Assembly (NCBI GenBank): GCA_036505835.1
Contig: DASXST010000079.1
Coordinates: 2,426-66,425, forward strand
Source of the DNA: Pseudolabrys sp.
GTDB taxonomy: Bacteria; Pseudomonadota; Alphaproteobacteria; Rhizobiales; Xanthobacteraceae
Direction of reading: 5' to 3'
DNA length: 64,000 nucleotides
Shown: one piece after another, positions 10,106 to 19,987 of the stretch
Layout: each line of letters opens with the position of its first letter
Numbering within the stretch: the first letter of the stretch is position 1
The notes under the pieces: generated by a model
Database searches by the model: none
What the model saw: only the letters and a program-made list of their open reading frames with translations
What the model was told of the DNA's origin: nothing
Program-made: the position numbers and the translations under genes

Positions 10106-11305
10106 ATGCTGCGTCCCGGAACATTCGCGCTCACCGCGTTGCTGGCGGCATTGAGCGCGATTGGTCCGCTCACGACCGACATGTATCTGCCTTCATTGCC
10201 CGACATCGCTCGCCAGCTCAATGCTTCGACGGCGGAGGCGCAATTCACCATCTCCGCCTATCTCATCGGATTTGCAATCGGGCAAATTTTCTATGGGCCG
10301 GTGTCCGACCGACACGGCCGCAAGCCGATCCTGATCGCGGCGATCGCGCTTTATTGTATCGCGAGTCTAGCTTGCTCACTTTCGACATCGACCGAAATGC
10401 TCATAGTGGCGCGCGCTTTCCAGGCACTCGGCGGCTGCGGCGGCATCGTTCTAGCCCGCGCGATCGTGCGCGACATTTATTCCGGCGCCCGGGCCGGACG
10501 CGAACTGTCGCTCATCGCCTCGGTGATGGCGCTCGCGCCGGTTCTGGCACCGATTGCGGGCGGATTCTTGCAGACCTACTTCGGCTGGCGAGCCGTGTTT
10601 TTGACCCTGGTTGCCGCAGGCTTCGCCGGCGTGGGAATCGTGTGGGTGGCGTTGCCGGAAACACTAAAGTTGCGAGTCGTGGACCCGTTGACGATTACAT
10701 CGATCCTGCGTTCCTATCGACTCGTCGCGCGCAACCCGGCGTATCTGGCTTATCTCGGCATCACTGCCGCGAGTTACGCCGGCCTGTTCGTCTGGATTTC
10801 CGCGGCCGCATTTGTGCTGCAGGATCTCTACCGGCTCAGCCCGTTTGATTTCGGTATCGCGTTCGCGCTCGGCTCGGTCGGCTACATGACCGGCTCGGCC
10901 CTGGCTGCGCGCGTGGTCGTGACATTTGGACTCGACGGCGTGCTCGGAATGGGCGCGGGCACCTGCGCCGCGGGCGGCATCGGAATGGTGTTGGCCGTCG
11001 CGTGCGGATTTCCCTCGTCGTTGGCACTCGTCTTTCCGATGGCCATTTATCTTGCCGGTCTGGGCATGGTGCTGCCGCAAGGCATTGCCGGCGCGCTGAC
11101 CCCATTTCCCGACCGTGCCGGCGCAGCCTCTTCGCTGTTCGGGTTCGTGCAGCAAAGCGTTGCAGCCTTGTGTGGCGCGGTAGTCGGCTGGCTGCTCGGA
11201 CAGAGCGCTTGGCCCCTCGCGATAGGGGTTGCGGCGATGGGCTGCACCACACTGGTGCTCTGCTTGACGACGCAAGGCATACGCCGCGCCGTACCGAAAC
11301 ACTGA
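10106..11305 (+). CDS. Bcr/CflA family MFS efflux transporter
   Basis: TDMYLPSLP and GPVSDRHGRKP motifs; hydrophobic multi-TM pattern. Confidence 0.88.
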   Translation: MLRPGTFALTALLAALSAIGPLTTDMYLPSLPDIARQLNASTAEAQFTISAYLIGFAIGQIFYGPVSDRHGRKPILIAAIALYCIASLACSLSTSTEMLIVARAFQALGGCGGIVLARAIVRDIYSGARAGRELSLIASVMALAPVLAPIAGGFLQTYFGWRAVFLTLVAAGFAGVGIVWVALPETLKLRVVDPLTITSILRSYRLVARNPAYLAYLGITAASYAGLFVWISAAAFVLQDLYRLSPFDFGIAFALGSVGYMTGSALAARVVVTFGLDGVLGMGAGTCAAGGIGMVLAVACGFPSSLALVFPMAIYLAGLGMVLPQGIAGALTPFPDRAGAASSLFGFVQQSVAALCGAVVGWLLGQSAWPLAIGVAAMGCTTLVLCLTTQGIRRAVPKH

Positions 11306-13384
11306 TCAGCGGCGTCCGAAGAGATTGTTCAGGAGCCAGCCGTCGAGCCCGCCGCTGCCGGTCGTCGTCGAATTGCTGGCCGCCACCGGTTGGACGGGGG
11401 CCGGCGGCACCGGTCTGGAGCTGTCGCCAAACAGACCGGAGAAAAAATTGCCCGTTGGAGCGCCCGGCAGACTTGCGACCGGCACGCCTTGGTGCGCACT
11501 GCGCATGACCCGGCTCCAGATCTCCACCGGAAGGCTGCCGCCGGTCACATGCTTGGTCGGCGTTCCATCGTCATTACCCAGCCAAACCCCCGTGACCAGG
11601 TGCGCCGTGTAGCCGATGAACCAGGCGTCCCGGAAATCCTGGCTGGTTCCGGTTTTCCCGGCTGCCGGCCAGCTGGGCAGGGTCGCTCTCTGCGCGGTGC
11701 CTGTGGTCAGCGTCTCGGCCATCATCGTGTTCATCATGCTCACATATCGTGCATCGATGATGCGGCCGAGCTGCTGGATGTTGCGTGCATAGAGCAGCTT
11801 GCCGTTGGTCAATGTGATCTTGTCGATCACGCGCGGCACAAGCGCATAGCCGCCATTGGCAAAGGGCGCGTATGCGCTCACCAGCTCGAGCACAGAGACT
11901 TCAGAGGTACCAAGTGCGATCGAGGCGTTTGGCTCGAGCTTGGAAGTAATTCCGAGACGATAGGCCGTGCGAGTGACGGCCATGGGCGTGACTTCCAGCG
12001 TCAGCCGCACCGATACCGTGTTCAGCGATTGAGCAAGCGCCCGTGTCAGCGTCACAGGGCCGAAGTATTCGTGGCCGTAGTTTTCCGGCTGCCAGCCTTT
12101 GACGTTGATCGGCCTGTCCTCGCGCACGGTATCTGGCGTCAGTCCGCGCTCGACCGCGGCGAGGTAGACGAACGGCTTGAACGCAGAGCCAGGCTGACGC
12201 TTGGCGGCGACTGCGCGGTTGAATTGGCTTTCGGCATAGTTTCGACCGCCGACCAAAGCGCGCACTGCGCCATCCGGAGTCATCGCGATCAGCGCGCCTT
12301 GCGTGACGCCGTTCTTGTCGCCTTTCTGTGCAAGCTCGTCGTTGAGCGCTTTTTCGGCACTCGCCTGCAAAGCTGCGTCGATCGTGGTCTGCACAATAAT
12401 GTCATCGTCCACGTGACCGATCGCGTCATTGAGCGCATCCATGACCCAATCGGCCACGTAATGGATTGAACCCATATCGGCCTGCGCCGCGATCCGCGGA
12501 GGGGGGGCCAGCGCCGTGCGTTCGGCGGAGCGGCCGATGAAGCTGAGCTCGGCCATCGCCGCAAGCACGACCTTTGCGCGCTTCTCGGCTCCGTCGAAAT
12601 TTCGCGTCGGCGCAAGACGCGACGGCGATTTCACGAGTCCCGCCAGGAGCGCCGCCTCGCCCAGCGTGATCTGACGCGCTGATTTCCCGAAATATCTTTG
12701 CGAGGCCTGTTCGATCCCGTAGGCACCGGCGCCGAAGTACACGCGATTAAGATACATCTCCAGAATCTGCGCCTTGGAGAACTTGCGCTCGAGCCACAGA
12801 GCCAGGAGCACTTCCTGCAGCTTGCGATTGATCGTCCGCTCCTGCGTGAGAAAAAGATTTTTTGCCAGCTGCTGCGTGATGGTGGAGCCGCCCTGCGCGA
12901 CGGCGCGGTGCAGGACGTTGGCGACAAAAGCGCGTCCGATGCCGAACGGATCGACCCCGTGGTGATCGTAAAAGCGACGATCCTCGATGGCGATGAAGGC
13001 CTTCGACACGTAGGCCGGCATTTCCTTCAGCGGCAACGGAGCGCCGGCGAGATCGCCGCGGCGCGCCAGCACGCGGCCCTGCATATCCACGATCTGGATC
13101 GAAGGCGCGCGCTTCGGGATTTCGAGCGACTGGATCGATGGCAGGTGCGCACCGACCCAGGCAGCAAAACCGACGGCGCCAATGGCAAGCCACAGGCCGG
13201 CGACCAGGCTCCAGTAGGCAATTTTGCCGAGGAGGGCGCGCTTGCCGAGCCTGCCGCTCCGTCTGCGCGCACGACGCCTGCCAGACGCCGGGACAGCGCG
13301 GTCCTCGGCGGAAACGTGCAAATCGGAAGCCTTCTCGAACACCGGCTTCCGGCGTGCGCTCGATCGTCCCCTTTTTGACGCCAT
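11306..13384 (-). CDS. Class A penicillin-binding protein (PBP1A family transglycosylase/transpeptidase)
   Basis: EDRRFYDH, GGSTITQQLAKN, RKLQE; SxxK (SAFK), SLN and KTG motifs. Confidence 0.92.
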   Translation of the reverse strand: MASKRGRSSARRKPVFEKASDLHVSAEDRAVPASGRRRARRRSGRLGKRALLGKIAYWSLVAGLWLAIGAVGFAAWVGAHLPSIQSLEIPKRAPSIQIVDMQGRVLARRGDLAGAPLPLKEMPAYVSKAFIAIEDRRFYDHHGVDPFGIGRAFVANVLHRAVAQGGSTITQQLAKNLFLTQERTINRKLQEVLLALWLERKFSKAQILEMYLNRVYFGAGAYGIEQASQRYFGKSARQITLGEAALLAGLVKSPSRLAPTRNFDGAEKRAKVVLAAMAELSFIGRSAERTALAPPPRIAAQADMGSIHYVADWVMDALNDAIGHVDDDIIVQTTIDAALQASAEKALNDELAQKGDKNGVTQGALIAMTPDGAVRALVGGRNYAESQFNRAVAAKRQPGSAFKPFVYLAAVERGLTPDTVREDRPINVKGWQPENYGHEYFGPVTLTRALAQSLNTVSVRLTLEVTPMAVTRTAYRLGITSKLEPNASIALGTSEVSVLELVSAYAPFANGGYALVPRVIDKITLTNGKLLYARNIQQLGRIIDARYVSMMNTMMAETLTTGTAQRATLPSWPAAGKTGTSQDFRDAWFIGYTAHLVTGVWLGNDDGTPTKHVTGGSLPVEIWSRVMRSAHQGVPVASLPGAPTGNFFSGLFGDSSRPVPPAPVQPVAASNSTTTGSGGLDGWLLNNLFGRR

Positions 13385-13470
13385 AACGCGAACCCATCCG
13401 CGCCGGCACGTGCAACGTGCCGGCCCCGGACCGACGCTACGCGGGTCGATTTAAGGGGCCGTTAAGGAAC

Positions 13471-13533
13471 GCCATGCCCGGCTTTATGCCGGCATCGCAC
13501 GTAAAGGCTCCGGCCTGTGGGCCCGGCCATAAC
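13471..13533. repeat. Degenerate family A palindromic repeat
   Basis: GCCATGCCCGGCTTTATGCCGGCATC ... GCCCGGCCATAAC resembles both arms of the 27544 copy. Confidence 0.55.
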
Positions 13534-13535
13534 GG

Positions 13536-16358
13536 TTAGCTGGCGGCAACTTTTGCAGATTTGCTTTCCTCGCCAGTTGCAAACAGCGCGATCAATGCGC
13601 GTTTGATAGCTGCCTGTCGCGTCGGAGAGGTGATCTGCGCGCCCATCAGATCGGTGACGTAGAAGACGTCCACCACCCGCTCGCCGAACGTGGCGACGTG
13701 GGCGGAAGCAATGTTGAGATTGAGCTTCGAGAGCGTTGCAGTCAGCTCATACAGAAGCCCGGTGCGATCGAGCCCGGTGACCTCGACCATTGTATAGCGA
13801 TGCGACCATTGATTGTTGATGGTGACCGTTGGTTCTACCGCGAAAGCACGAATGCGACCCTTCGGCGGCATCCGTTTCGCTACCACGTCAGGCAGTCTCA
13901 GTTCGCCGCGCAGGGCCCTTTCGATCGAGTCCGCGATCCTATTGGCGCGCCTCTCTTCATCTTCATCGCGGTCGAATTCGCGCGATAGCGAAATGGTATC
14001 GAGCGCGCGGCCATCTGTGGTGGTGTAAATCTGCGCATCGACAATGTTGGCCCCGGTCATGGCGCAGGCCCCGGCGATGATGGAGAGCAGCCATGGATGG
14101 TCGGGTGCCAGCAGCGTAAGTTCGGTGACTGCGCGTTCCGTATCGAACGCAATTGAGGTCGCGAGCCGCTTGTCGGCATCCTCGGCGGCGCGCACGAAAT
14201 TGGCGTGTTCAATCTTGTGTGGCAGATCGACCTTGAGCCAGTAGGCCGGATAAAGCTTGGCGATATAGGGCTCCAGGCGCTCGGGCGGCCAGTCTTTCAT
14301 CGCCTCGCGGAATTCGTTCTGGGCGATCGCCACGCGCTGGGCGCGGTTGACCTCCGAGAAGCCACCCGTGAGCACGGGCTCAGTCTCATAATAGAGCGTG
14401 CGGATAAGTTGCGCCTTCCAGCCATTCCACACGCCGGGACCGACGGCGCGGATATCCGCGGTGGTAAGAATTGTCAGCAACTTCAGTCGTTCGGCCGATT
14501 GCACGATCGCTGCAAAATTCTCGATCGTCCTGCGGTCAGAAAGGTCGCGCGACTGCGCAACGCTCGACATGACGAGGTGATTTTCTATCAGCCACGCGAC
14601 GGTTTCGGTTTCTGCGGTTGAAAATCCCAGCCGTGGGCAGAATCGCCTCGCAACGCGCGCGCCGGCGACCGAGTGATCCTCCGGACGTCCCTTGGCGATG
14701 TCGTGCAGGAATAGCGCGACGTAAAGCACGCGGCGGTGCTCGGGCAAAATCTTGTGGATCAGCTCGTTGGCGAGCGGCGTATCGTTGCTGCCGCCACGTT
14801 CGATTTCGGCGAGGACGCCAATGCACCGCACAAGGTGCTCATCCACTGTGTAGTGGTGGTACATGTTGAACTGCATCATGGCGACGATCTTGCCGAAGGC
14901 CGGCACGAAACGGCCGAGAACGCCGGCCTCGTTCATCCGACGCAAAACGGTTTCCGGATCGTTCTTCGAGGTGAGGATCTCAAGGAACAACTCGTTCGCT
15001 TCCTTGTCGTCCCGCAGTTTAGCGTCGACGAGGTTCAGAGAGCGCGTGGTGACGCGCATCGCGTCCGGATGGAACGCGAGGTTATGCTTCTGCGCCAGGT
15101 GAAAAATTCGGATGAGATTGACGGGATCGCGCTTCAATACTTCTGATCGCGCAAGCCGAATGCGATTCTTGTCGACGATGAAATCGTCGCTTTCCAGAAG
15201 CGGGCGCCGCTTCACCGGGCGCAATCGCGCCATCAGCCGGCTTAGCACCGGCACGCTCTTGGTGTGGCTATCTTCCAGCTCTGCGCAGAGGATGGCGGTC
15301 AAATCCCCGACGTCCTTGGCGGTCAGGAAGTAGTGCTTCATGAAGCGCTCAACATCCTGCAGGCCTGGATGCTCGGTATAGCCAAGACGCACCGCGATCT
15401 CGCGCTGGATATCGAACGACAAGCGTTCCTCGGCGCGGCCCATGAGAAAATGCATGTGGCAGCGAACCGACCAAAGGAAATCCTCGCAGCGGCGGAACAG
15501 TTGATATTCGTGCTTGTCGAACACCCCGCGTTTGATCAATTCGTCGGGCTCGCGGACGCGATAGACGTATTTCGCGATCCAGAACAGTGTATGCAGGTCG
15601 CGTAGTCCGCCCTTGCCATCCTTCACGTTCGGTTCGACCAGATAGCGCGATTGTCCGGTGCGGCGGACGCGATCCTCGCGCTCGGCGAGTTTGGCCGCCA
15701 CGAACTCGGCAGCGGTGTTACGCACAACCTCGTTGTCGAATCGTGTCACCAGCTCGTCGAAGAGGTTGCGGTCGCCGAAAAGAAAGCGCGATTCCAGAAT
15801 GGCCGTGCGAATCGTCATATCCGCCTTGGCCTGGCGGATGCATTCGTCGACGGATCGGGTGGCATGCCCGACCTTCAGTCCCGTATCCCACAGACAATAG
15901 AGAATCGCTTCGGCGATCGACTCGCCCCAGGCCGTTTGCTTGTAGGGCAGCAGGAACAGCAGGTCGATGTCGGAGCCCGGCGCCTGCAAGCCGCGGCCAT
16001 AGCCGCCGGTTGCGATGATGGCCATGCGTTCGGCCTCTGACGGATTTTGCGAGGGGTACAGCTGACGCGCGAAGTCAAACAGGATGCGGATGATCTCGTC
16101 TTCCATCCGGCAAAGCTGCTCGGCACAGCGCCGGCCATGACGGTCTCTCAACAACAACTGTTCGGCTTTGGCACGGCCATCGGCGAGGGCGACCTTCAGC
16201 TGCTGCGCCAGCAATGACCGCAGATCACGCTCACTGCCGGTGTGCCCCTCCACCATCTTTTCAAGCTGGGCGGTCAGGACGTGCATGTCGATCAACTCGT
16301 TCGAACCCCGCGCGGGGCGATCGAGAGGACGCCTGTCATCCAAAGCAAGTGAAGCCAT
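13536..16358 (-). CDS. glnD: [Protein-PII] uridylyltransferase / uridylyl-removing enzyme
   Basis: GGYGR..APGSDIDLLFL nucleotidyltransferase motif, EPNVKDGKGGLRD, HHYTVDEH and LHDIAK HD domain, C-terminal ACT domains. Confidence 0.96.
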   Translation of the reverse strand: MASLALDDRRPLDRPARGSNELIDMHVLTAQLEKMVEGHTGSERDLRSLLAQQLKVALADGRAKAEQLLLRDRHGRRCAEQLCRMEDEIIRILFDFARQLYPSQNPSEAERMAIIATGGYGRGLQAPGSDIDLLFLLPYKQTAWGESIAEAILYCLWDTGLKVGHATRSVDECIRQAKADMTIRTAILESRFLFGDRNLFDELVTRFDNEVVRNTAAEFVAAKLAEREDRVRRTGQSRYLVEPNVKDGKGGLRDLHTLFWIAKYVYRVREPDELIKRGVFDKHEYQLFRRCEDFLWSVRCHMHFLMGRAEERLSFDIQREIAVRLGYTEHPGLQDVERFMKHYFLTAKDVGDLTAILCAELEDSHTKSVPVLSRLMARLRPVKRRPLLESDDFIVDKNRIRLARSEVLKRDPVNLIRIFHLAQKHNLAFHPDAMRVTTRSLNLVDAKLRDDKEANELFLEILTSKNDPETVLRRMNEAGVLGRFVPAFGKIVAMMQFNMYHHYTVDEHLVRCIGVLAEIERGGSNDTPLANELIHKILPEHRRVLYVALFLHDIAKGRPEDHSVAGARVARRFCPRLGFSTAETETVAWLIENHLVMSSVAQSRDLSDRRTIENFAAIVQSAERLKLLTILTTADIRAVGPGVWNGWKAQLIRTLYYETEPVLTGGFSEVNRAQRVAIAQNEFREAMKDWPPERLEPYIAKLYPAYWLKVDLPHKIEHANFVRAAEDADKRLATSIAFDTERAVTELTLLAPDHPWLLSIIAGACAMTGANIVDAQIYTTTDGRALDTISLSREFDRDEDEERRANRIADSIERALRGELRLPDVVAKRMPPKGRIRAFAVEPTVTINNQWSHRYTMVEVTGLDRTGLLYELTATLSKLNLNIASAHVATFGERVVDVFYVTDLMGAQITSPTRQAAIKRALIALFATGEESKSAKVAAS

Positions 16359-16460
16359 TTGCAGCGTCGGGATAGCGGAGACTGACCTTTAAGTCATCGT
16401 TGCGAGCAAAGATAATTGCGTACAAGCACAGGGAAAGGTTTGGAAATAAATACTACTTTC

Positions 16461-16486
16461 AAGGAGAATTTGGTAATATTCTCCTT
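16461..16486. promoter_or_regulatory. 9-8-9 inverted repeat abutting a -35 element (candidate transcription-factor site)
   Basis: AAGGAGAAT-ttggtaat-ATTCTCCTT; GTAATATTC also repeated directly at 16473 and 16495. Confidence 0.5.
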
Positions 16487-16515
16487 TTGACCAAGTAATA
16501 TTCGGTGCTTATAGC
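16487..16515 (+). promoter_or_regulatory. Sigma70-type promoter for the sulfonate-type ABC operon
   Basis: TTGACC-N17-TATAGC; implied start near 16522, immediately before the riboswitch aptamer. Confidence 0.6.
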
Positions 16516-16521
16516 ATATTT

Positions 16522-16576
16522 GTAGCGCCGATTTGAGCAAGCAGCTTGCGGGCGCTTAACAAATCCAGCTAAAGCG
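16522..16576 (+). ncRNA. SAM-II (SAM-alpha type) riboswitch aptamer
   Basis: P1 AGCGCC(16524)/GGCGCT(16551); loop GATTTG...TTGC; pseudoknot partner CAAAT and conserved 3' GCTAAA; upstream of a sulfur-uptake operon. Confidence 0.8.
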
Positions 16577-16683
16577 CGGGGCAAATCCCCTCGCCAGCTG
16601 ACGGCGGACCAACCGGTCCGCCTCCGTTCACCAAGGTGCCGGCGCCGGCAAGCGCGGGTACCGCGCCAAGCGAGGAGTTTGCC

Positions 16684-17664
16684 ATGCGTCAGCTGTCCCG
16701 TCGTTCGCTCTTTGCCTCCGCCCTGGTGGCGGGCCTGCTGCCAACCACTGCGCTTTTCGCAGCCGACAAGCCGGACACAATTAACATCGATTGGGCGACC
16801 TACAATCCCGTCTCCATCCTGCTGAAGAACAAGGGCTGGCTGGAGAAGGAGTTTGAGAAGGACAACATCAAAATCCGCTGGGTGCAGACGCTCGGCTCCA
16901 ACAAGGCTCTTGAGTTCCTCAATGCCGGCTCGATCGATTTCGGCTCGAGCGCGGGCTCGGCAGCGCTGGTTGCAAAGATCAACGGCAACCCGATCAAGTC
17001 GATCTATGTCTATTCGCGCCCGGAATGGACTGCGCTGGTCACACGCAAAGACACCTCGATCACGAGCATCGCCGATCTCAAAGGCAAGCGTGTAGCGGTA
17101 ACGCGTGGCACCGACCCGCACATTTTTCTTGTGCGCGCCCTGCTCAGTGCTGGCTTGAGCGAGAAGGATATCCAGCCGGTATTGCTTCAGCATCCCGACG
17201 GCAAGACCGCGCTGATCCGCGGCGACGTCGACGCCTGGGCCGGACTTGATCCGATGATGGCGCAAGCCGAAGTCGAGGACGGCGCCAGACTCTTCTATCG
17301 CAATGCCGCCGCCAATACCTGGGGCATACTCAATGTCCGCGAGGAATTTGCCAGGCAACATCCGGACCTGGTGAAACGCGTGCTCGCTGTCTATGAAGAG
17401 GCGCGCAAATATTCGTTAAGCCACTATGACGAGCTGAAGGCCGGCTTCATCGCGGTGACCAAGCTGCCCGGCGAAGTCGTCGACAAGCAGTTCAAGGAAC
17501 GCACCGAGCTCACGCACAACAAGATCGGATCGCCGCAACGCGAGTCCATCCTTGCTGCCGGGATCGCACTGCAACAGGCCGGAATTGTCCCGGCCAGTGT
17601 CGACGTGAAGAAGACGCTCGACGATCTTATCGACGGCCAATACGTCACGGTGACGGCGAACTGA
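16684..17664 (+). CDS. ssuA: Aliphatic sulfonate-type ABC transporter substrate-binding protein (SsuA family)
   Basis: Tat-like SRRSLF signal; DLKGKRVAVTRGT and GDVDAWAGLDP motifs; RBS GAGGAG. Confidence 0.8.
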   Translation: MRQLSRRSLFASALVAGLLPTTALFAADKPDTINIDWATYNPVSILLKNKGWLEKEFEKDNIKIRWVQTLGSNKALEFLNAGSIDFGSSAGSAALVAKINGNPIKSIYVYSRPEWTALVTRKDTSITSIADLKGKRVAVTRGTDPHIFLVRALLSAGLSEKDIQPVLLQHPDGKTALIRGDVDAWAGLDPMMAQAEVEDGARLFYRNAAANTWGILNVREEFARQHPDLVKRVLAVYEEARKYSLSHYDELKAGFIAVTKLPGEVVDKQFKERTELTHNKIGSPQRESILAAGIALQQAGIVPASVDVKKTLDDLIDGQYVTVTAN

Positions 17665-17693
17665 TATCCGCCTTGCCTTTCGCGAGTGGTTTG

Positions 17694-18539
17694 ATGACTG
17701 TGGTGTCCGTGGAAGCAGCCGTCGAACCAGCAACCGCGCAACCGGTGGCGCGCAAGAGCGATCTTGCGCGATTTGCGCGGCCAATGTTTGGGCTGTTGGT
17801 GCCGCTCGTTCTGGCGGGTGGCTGGGAGTTCGCCGTTTATTTTGGCTTCTCGGACGGACGCCTGGTCCCGCCGCCATCGCGCATTTACGCGGAATTCGCC
17901 GAACTGGCGCGCTCGGGCGAGCTGTTGCGGCATGTGACAGCGACATTGCTGCGTGTCGGCGTCGGTTTTGCTGCGGGGACTGTGGTTGCCACTGTTCTGG
18001 GAGCGCTTGCGGGTTATTCGACATTGGTCCGGCGGTTGATCGACCCGAGCCTGCAGGGCTTGCGCGCGGTTCCTTCGATAGCCTGGATTCCGTTGTTCAT
18101 CCTGTGGCTGGGCATTTTCGAAACCTCCAAGGTCGCGTTGATTGCGGTCGGCGTGTTCTTCCCCATTTACCTCGGCGTTATGGGTGCGGTCCTCTCGGTC
18201 GACCGCAAGATCGTCGAAGTCGGGCGAGTCTTTCGACTTTCCGGCCCGGCCATGGTGCGGCGGATTCTTTTGCCGGCAGTCTTGCCCGCTTACGTGCTCG
18301 CGTTGCGGTCGGGTCTGGGGCTCGGCTGGATGTTCGTTATTGCCGCCGAATTCATGGGCGCCTCGGAGGGTCTCGGCTACCTGCTGATCGACGGACAGCA
18401 GCTCGGCAAGCCTGCGGAGATCGTCGCGGCGATTCTCGCTTTTGCCGTTCTTGGCAAAACCACGGATTGGATTGTCGCCTTTGCCGCGGCGCCTTTCCTG
18501 CGCTGGGAAGATCGTTTCTCGCGTCAGGGAGAGATCTGA
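17694..18539 (+). CDS. ssuC: Sulfonate/nitrate-type ABC transporter permease (SsuC family)
   Basis: LVPPPS, PSIAWIPLFILWLG, AAEFMGASEGLGYL motifs. Confidence 0.82.
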   Translation: MTVVSVEAAVEPATAQPVARKSDLARFARPMFGLLVPLVLAGGWEFAVYFGFSDGRLVPPPSRIYAEFAELARSGELLRHVTATLLRVGVGFAAGTVVATVLGALAGYSTLVRRLIDPSLQGLRAVPSIAWIPLFILWLGIFETSKVALIAVGVFFPIYLGVMGAVLSVDRKIVEVGRVFRLSGPAMVRRILLPAVLPAYVLALRSGLGLGWMFVIAAEFMGASEGLGYLLIDGQQLGKPAEIVAAILAFAVLGKTTDWIVAFAAAPFLRWEDRFSRQGEI

Positions 18540-19333
18540 TGCTGGTGCTGGAAAACCTTGGCAAGACCTATCCCAACGGCGTGCGCGCAGTCGAAGGCAT
18601 GAACTTTGCAGTCGACCCCGGTGAGATTGTCGCCGTGATCGGCGGCTCCGGCTGCGGGAAGTCGACTTTACTGCGCGCGATCAGCGGACTCGACCGGCCA
18701 ACCCAGGGCCGCGTTTTGCTCGACGGGGAGACGATCACCTCGCCGCACGAGAAGATCGGCATCGTCTTCCAGGAGCCGCGCTTGCTGCCGTGGCTGACCG
18801 TCGCCGACAACGTCGCTTTTGGACTGAACGACCTGCCGGTTTCGCGGCGCCGCCATCGCGCTGCCGGCGCACTATCACGCGTTGGCTTGATCGACAAACG
18901 AAACGTCTGGCCGCGCGAACTGTCGGGCGGCCAGGCGCAGCGCGTTGCCATTGCGCGTGCGCTGGTCCCGCAGCCCGAAGTATTGCTGCTTGACGAACCG
19001 TTCTCCGCGCTCGATGCCTTCACGCGGGTCGATTTGCAGGATCACCTGCTCGATCTGTGGACCGATCTGCGGCCGATGATGATCCTCGTCACTCACGACG
19101 TTGATGAAGCCATCGCGTTGGCTGATCGCATCATCGTGATGCGGTCGCGTCCCGGCCGCATCTTCGAGGAGATCGCAGCGGATCTGCGGCGTCCGCGCGA
19201 CCGCCACTCGGCTGCGTTCGATCACGTCAAGGCGCGCGTGCTCAACGCCCTTGACTGCTCGCTTGTCGGCGAGCGTGTGCCGGAAAAAGCCGCGGTCGAG
19301 CATCCCGGAGCCGGCGCAGCCATGTGGTGGTAA
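18539..19333 (+). CDS. ssuB: Sulfonate/nitrate-type ABC transporter ATP-binding protein (SsuB family)
   Basis: GGSGCGKST, FQEPRLLPWLTV, LSGGQAQR, LLLDEPFSALD; TGATG coupling to the permease. Confidence 0.85.
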   Translation: MLVLENLGKTYPNGVRAVEGMNFAVDPGEIVAVIGGSGCGKSTLLRAISGLDRPTQGRVLLDGETITSPHEKIGIVFQEPRLLPWLTVADNVAFGLNDLPVSRRRHRAAGALSRVGLIDKRNVWPRELSGGQAQRVAIARALVPQPEVLLLDEPFSALDAFTRVDLQDHLLDLWTDLRPMMILVTHDVDEAIALADRIIVMRSRPGRIFEEIAADLRRPRDRHSAAFDHVKARVLNALDCSLVGERVPEKAAVEHPGAGAAMWW

Positions 19334-19397
19334 CAGCCCTTGTGCTTCGCCATATCGAGCCTGTAGGTTCGCCGCCCTGACATGCAAGGAGAAATAC

Positions 19398-19907
19398 ATG
19401 GACGCAGGTGAATTGCGCGCGATGCAGGCGCCGATCAAGGAACGCTACAAGGGCGATCCAAATGCGGCCTACATCACGCTGAGGGCCAAAGGAACGCTCG
19501 ATGACAGCGGCATCGCGTGCAAGGTCGAAACCGGCCGCGCGCTTGCCATCGCGGGCCTTCATCCTGCGACCGGAGGAACAGGTCTCGAGCTTTGCTCCGG
19601 CGACATGCTTCTGGAAGCTCTCGTTGCGTGCGCCGGCGTAACGCTGAAGGCGGTGGCGACTGCGCTCGATATTCCCCTGAAGTCAGGAAAGGTCTCGGCC
19701 GAAGGCGATCTCGACTTCCGCGGCACGCTCGGCGTCGCCAAGGATGCGCCCGTTGGCTTTGCCCAGATCCGGTTGCGCTTCGATCTCGATACCGAGGCAC
19801 CAGAGGAAAAGCTTGACCAGCTGCTCAAGCTTACCGAGCGCTACTGCGTCGTTTATCAGACGATCAGAAACGGGCCGCCGGTCGACCTGCAGTTGAAACG
19901 CATCTAG
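19398..19907 (+). CDS. OsmC/Ohr family protein
   Basis: LLEALVACAGVT and TERYCVV two-Cys pattern; RBS AAGGAG. Confidence 0.82.
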   Translation: MDAGELRAMQAPIKERYKGDPNAAYITLRAKGTLDDSGIACKVETGRALAIAGLHPATGGTGLELCSGDMLLEALVACAGVTLKAVATALDIPLKSGKVSAEGDLDFRGTLGVAKDAPVGFAQIRLRFDLDTEAPEEKLDQLLKLTERYCVVYQTIRNGPPVDLQLKRI

Positions 19908-19987
19908 GCTTCTTTGCCGCTAGTGACGTGGACTGCGGACTGTGGTTCGCTGCCTCCCGAGAACGAGAAAAACCGGGAGAGCGTCCG

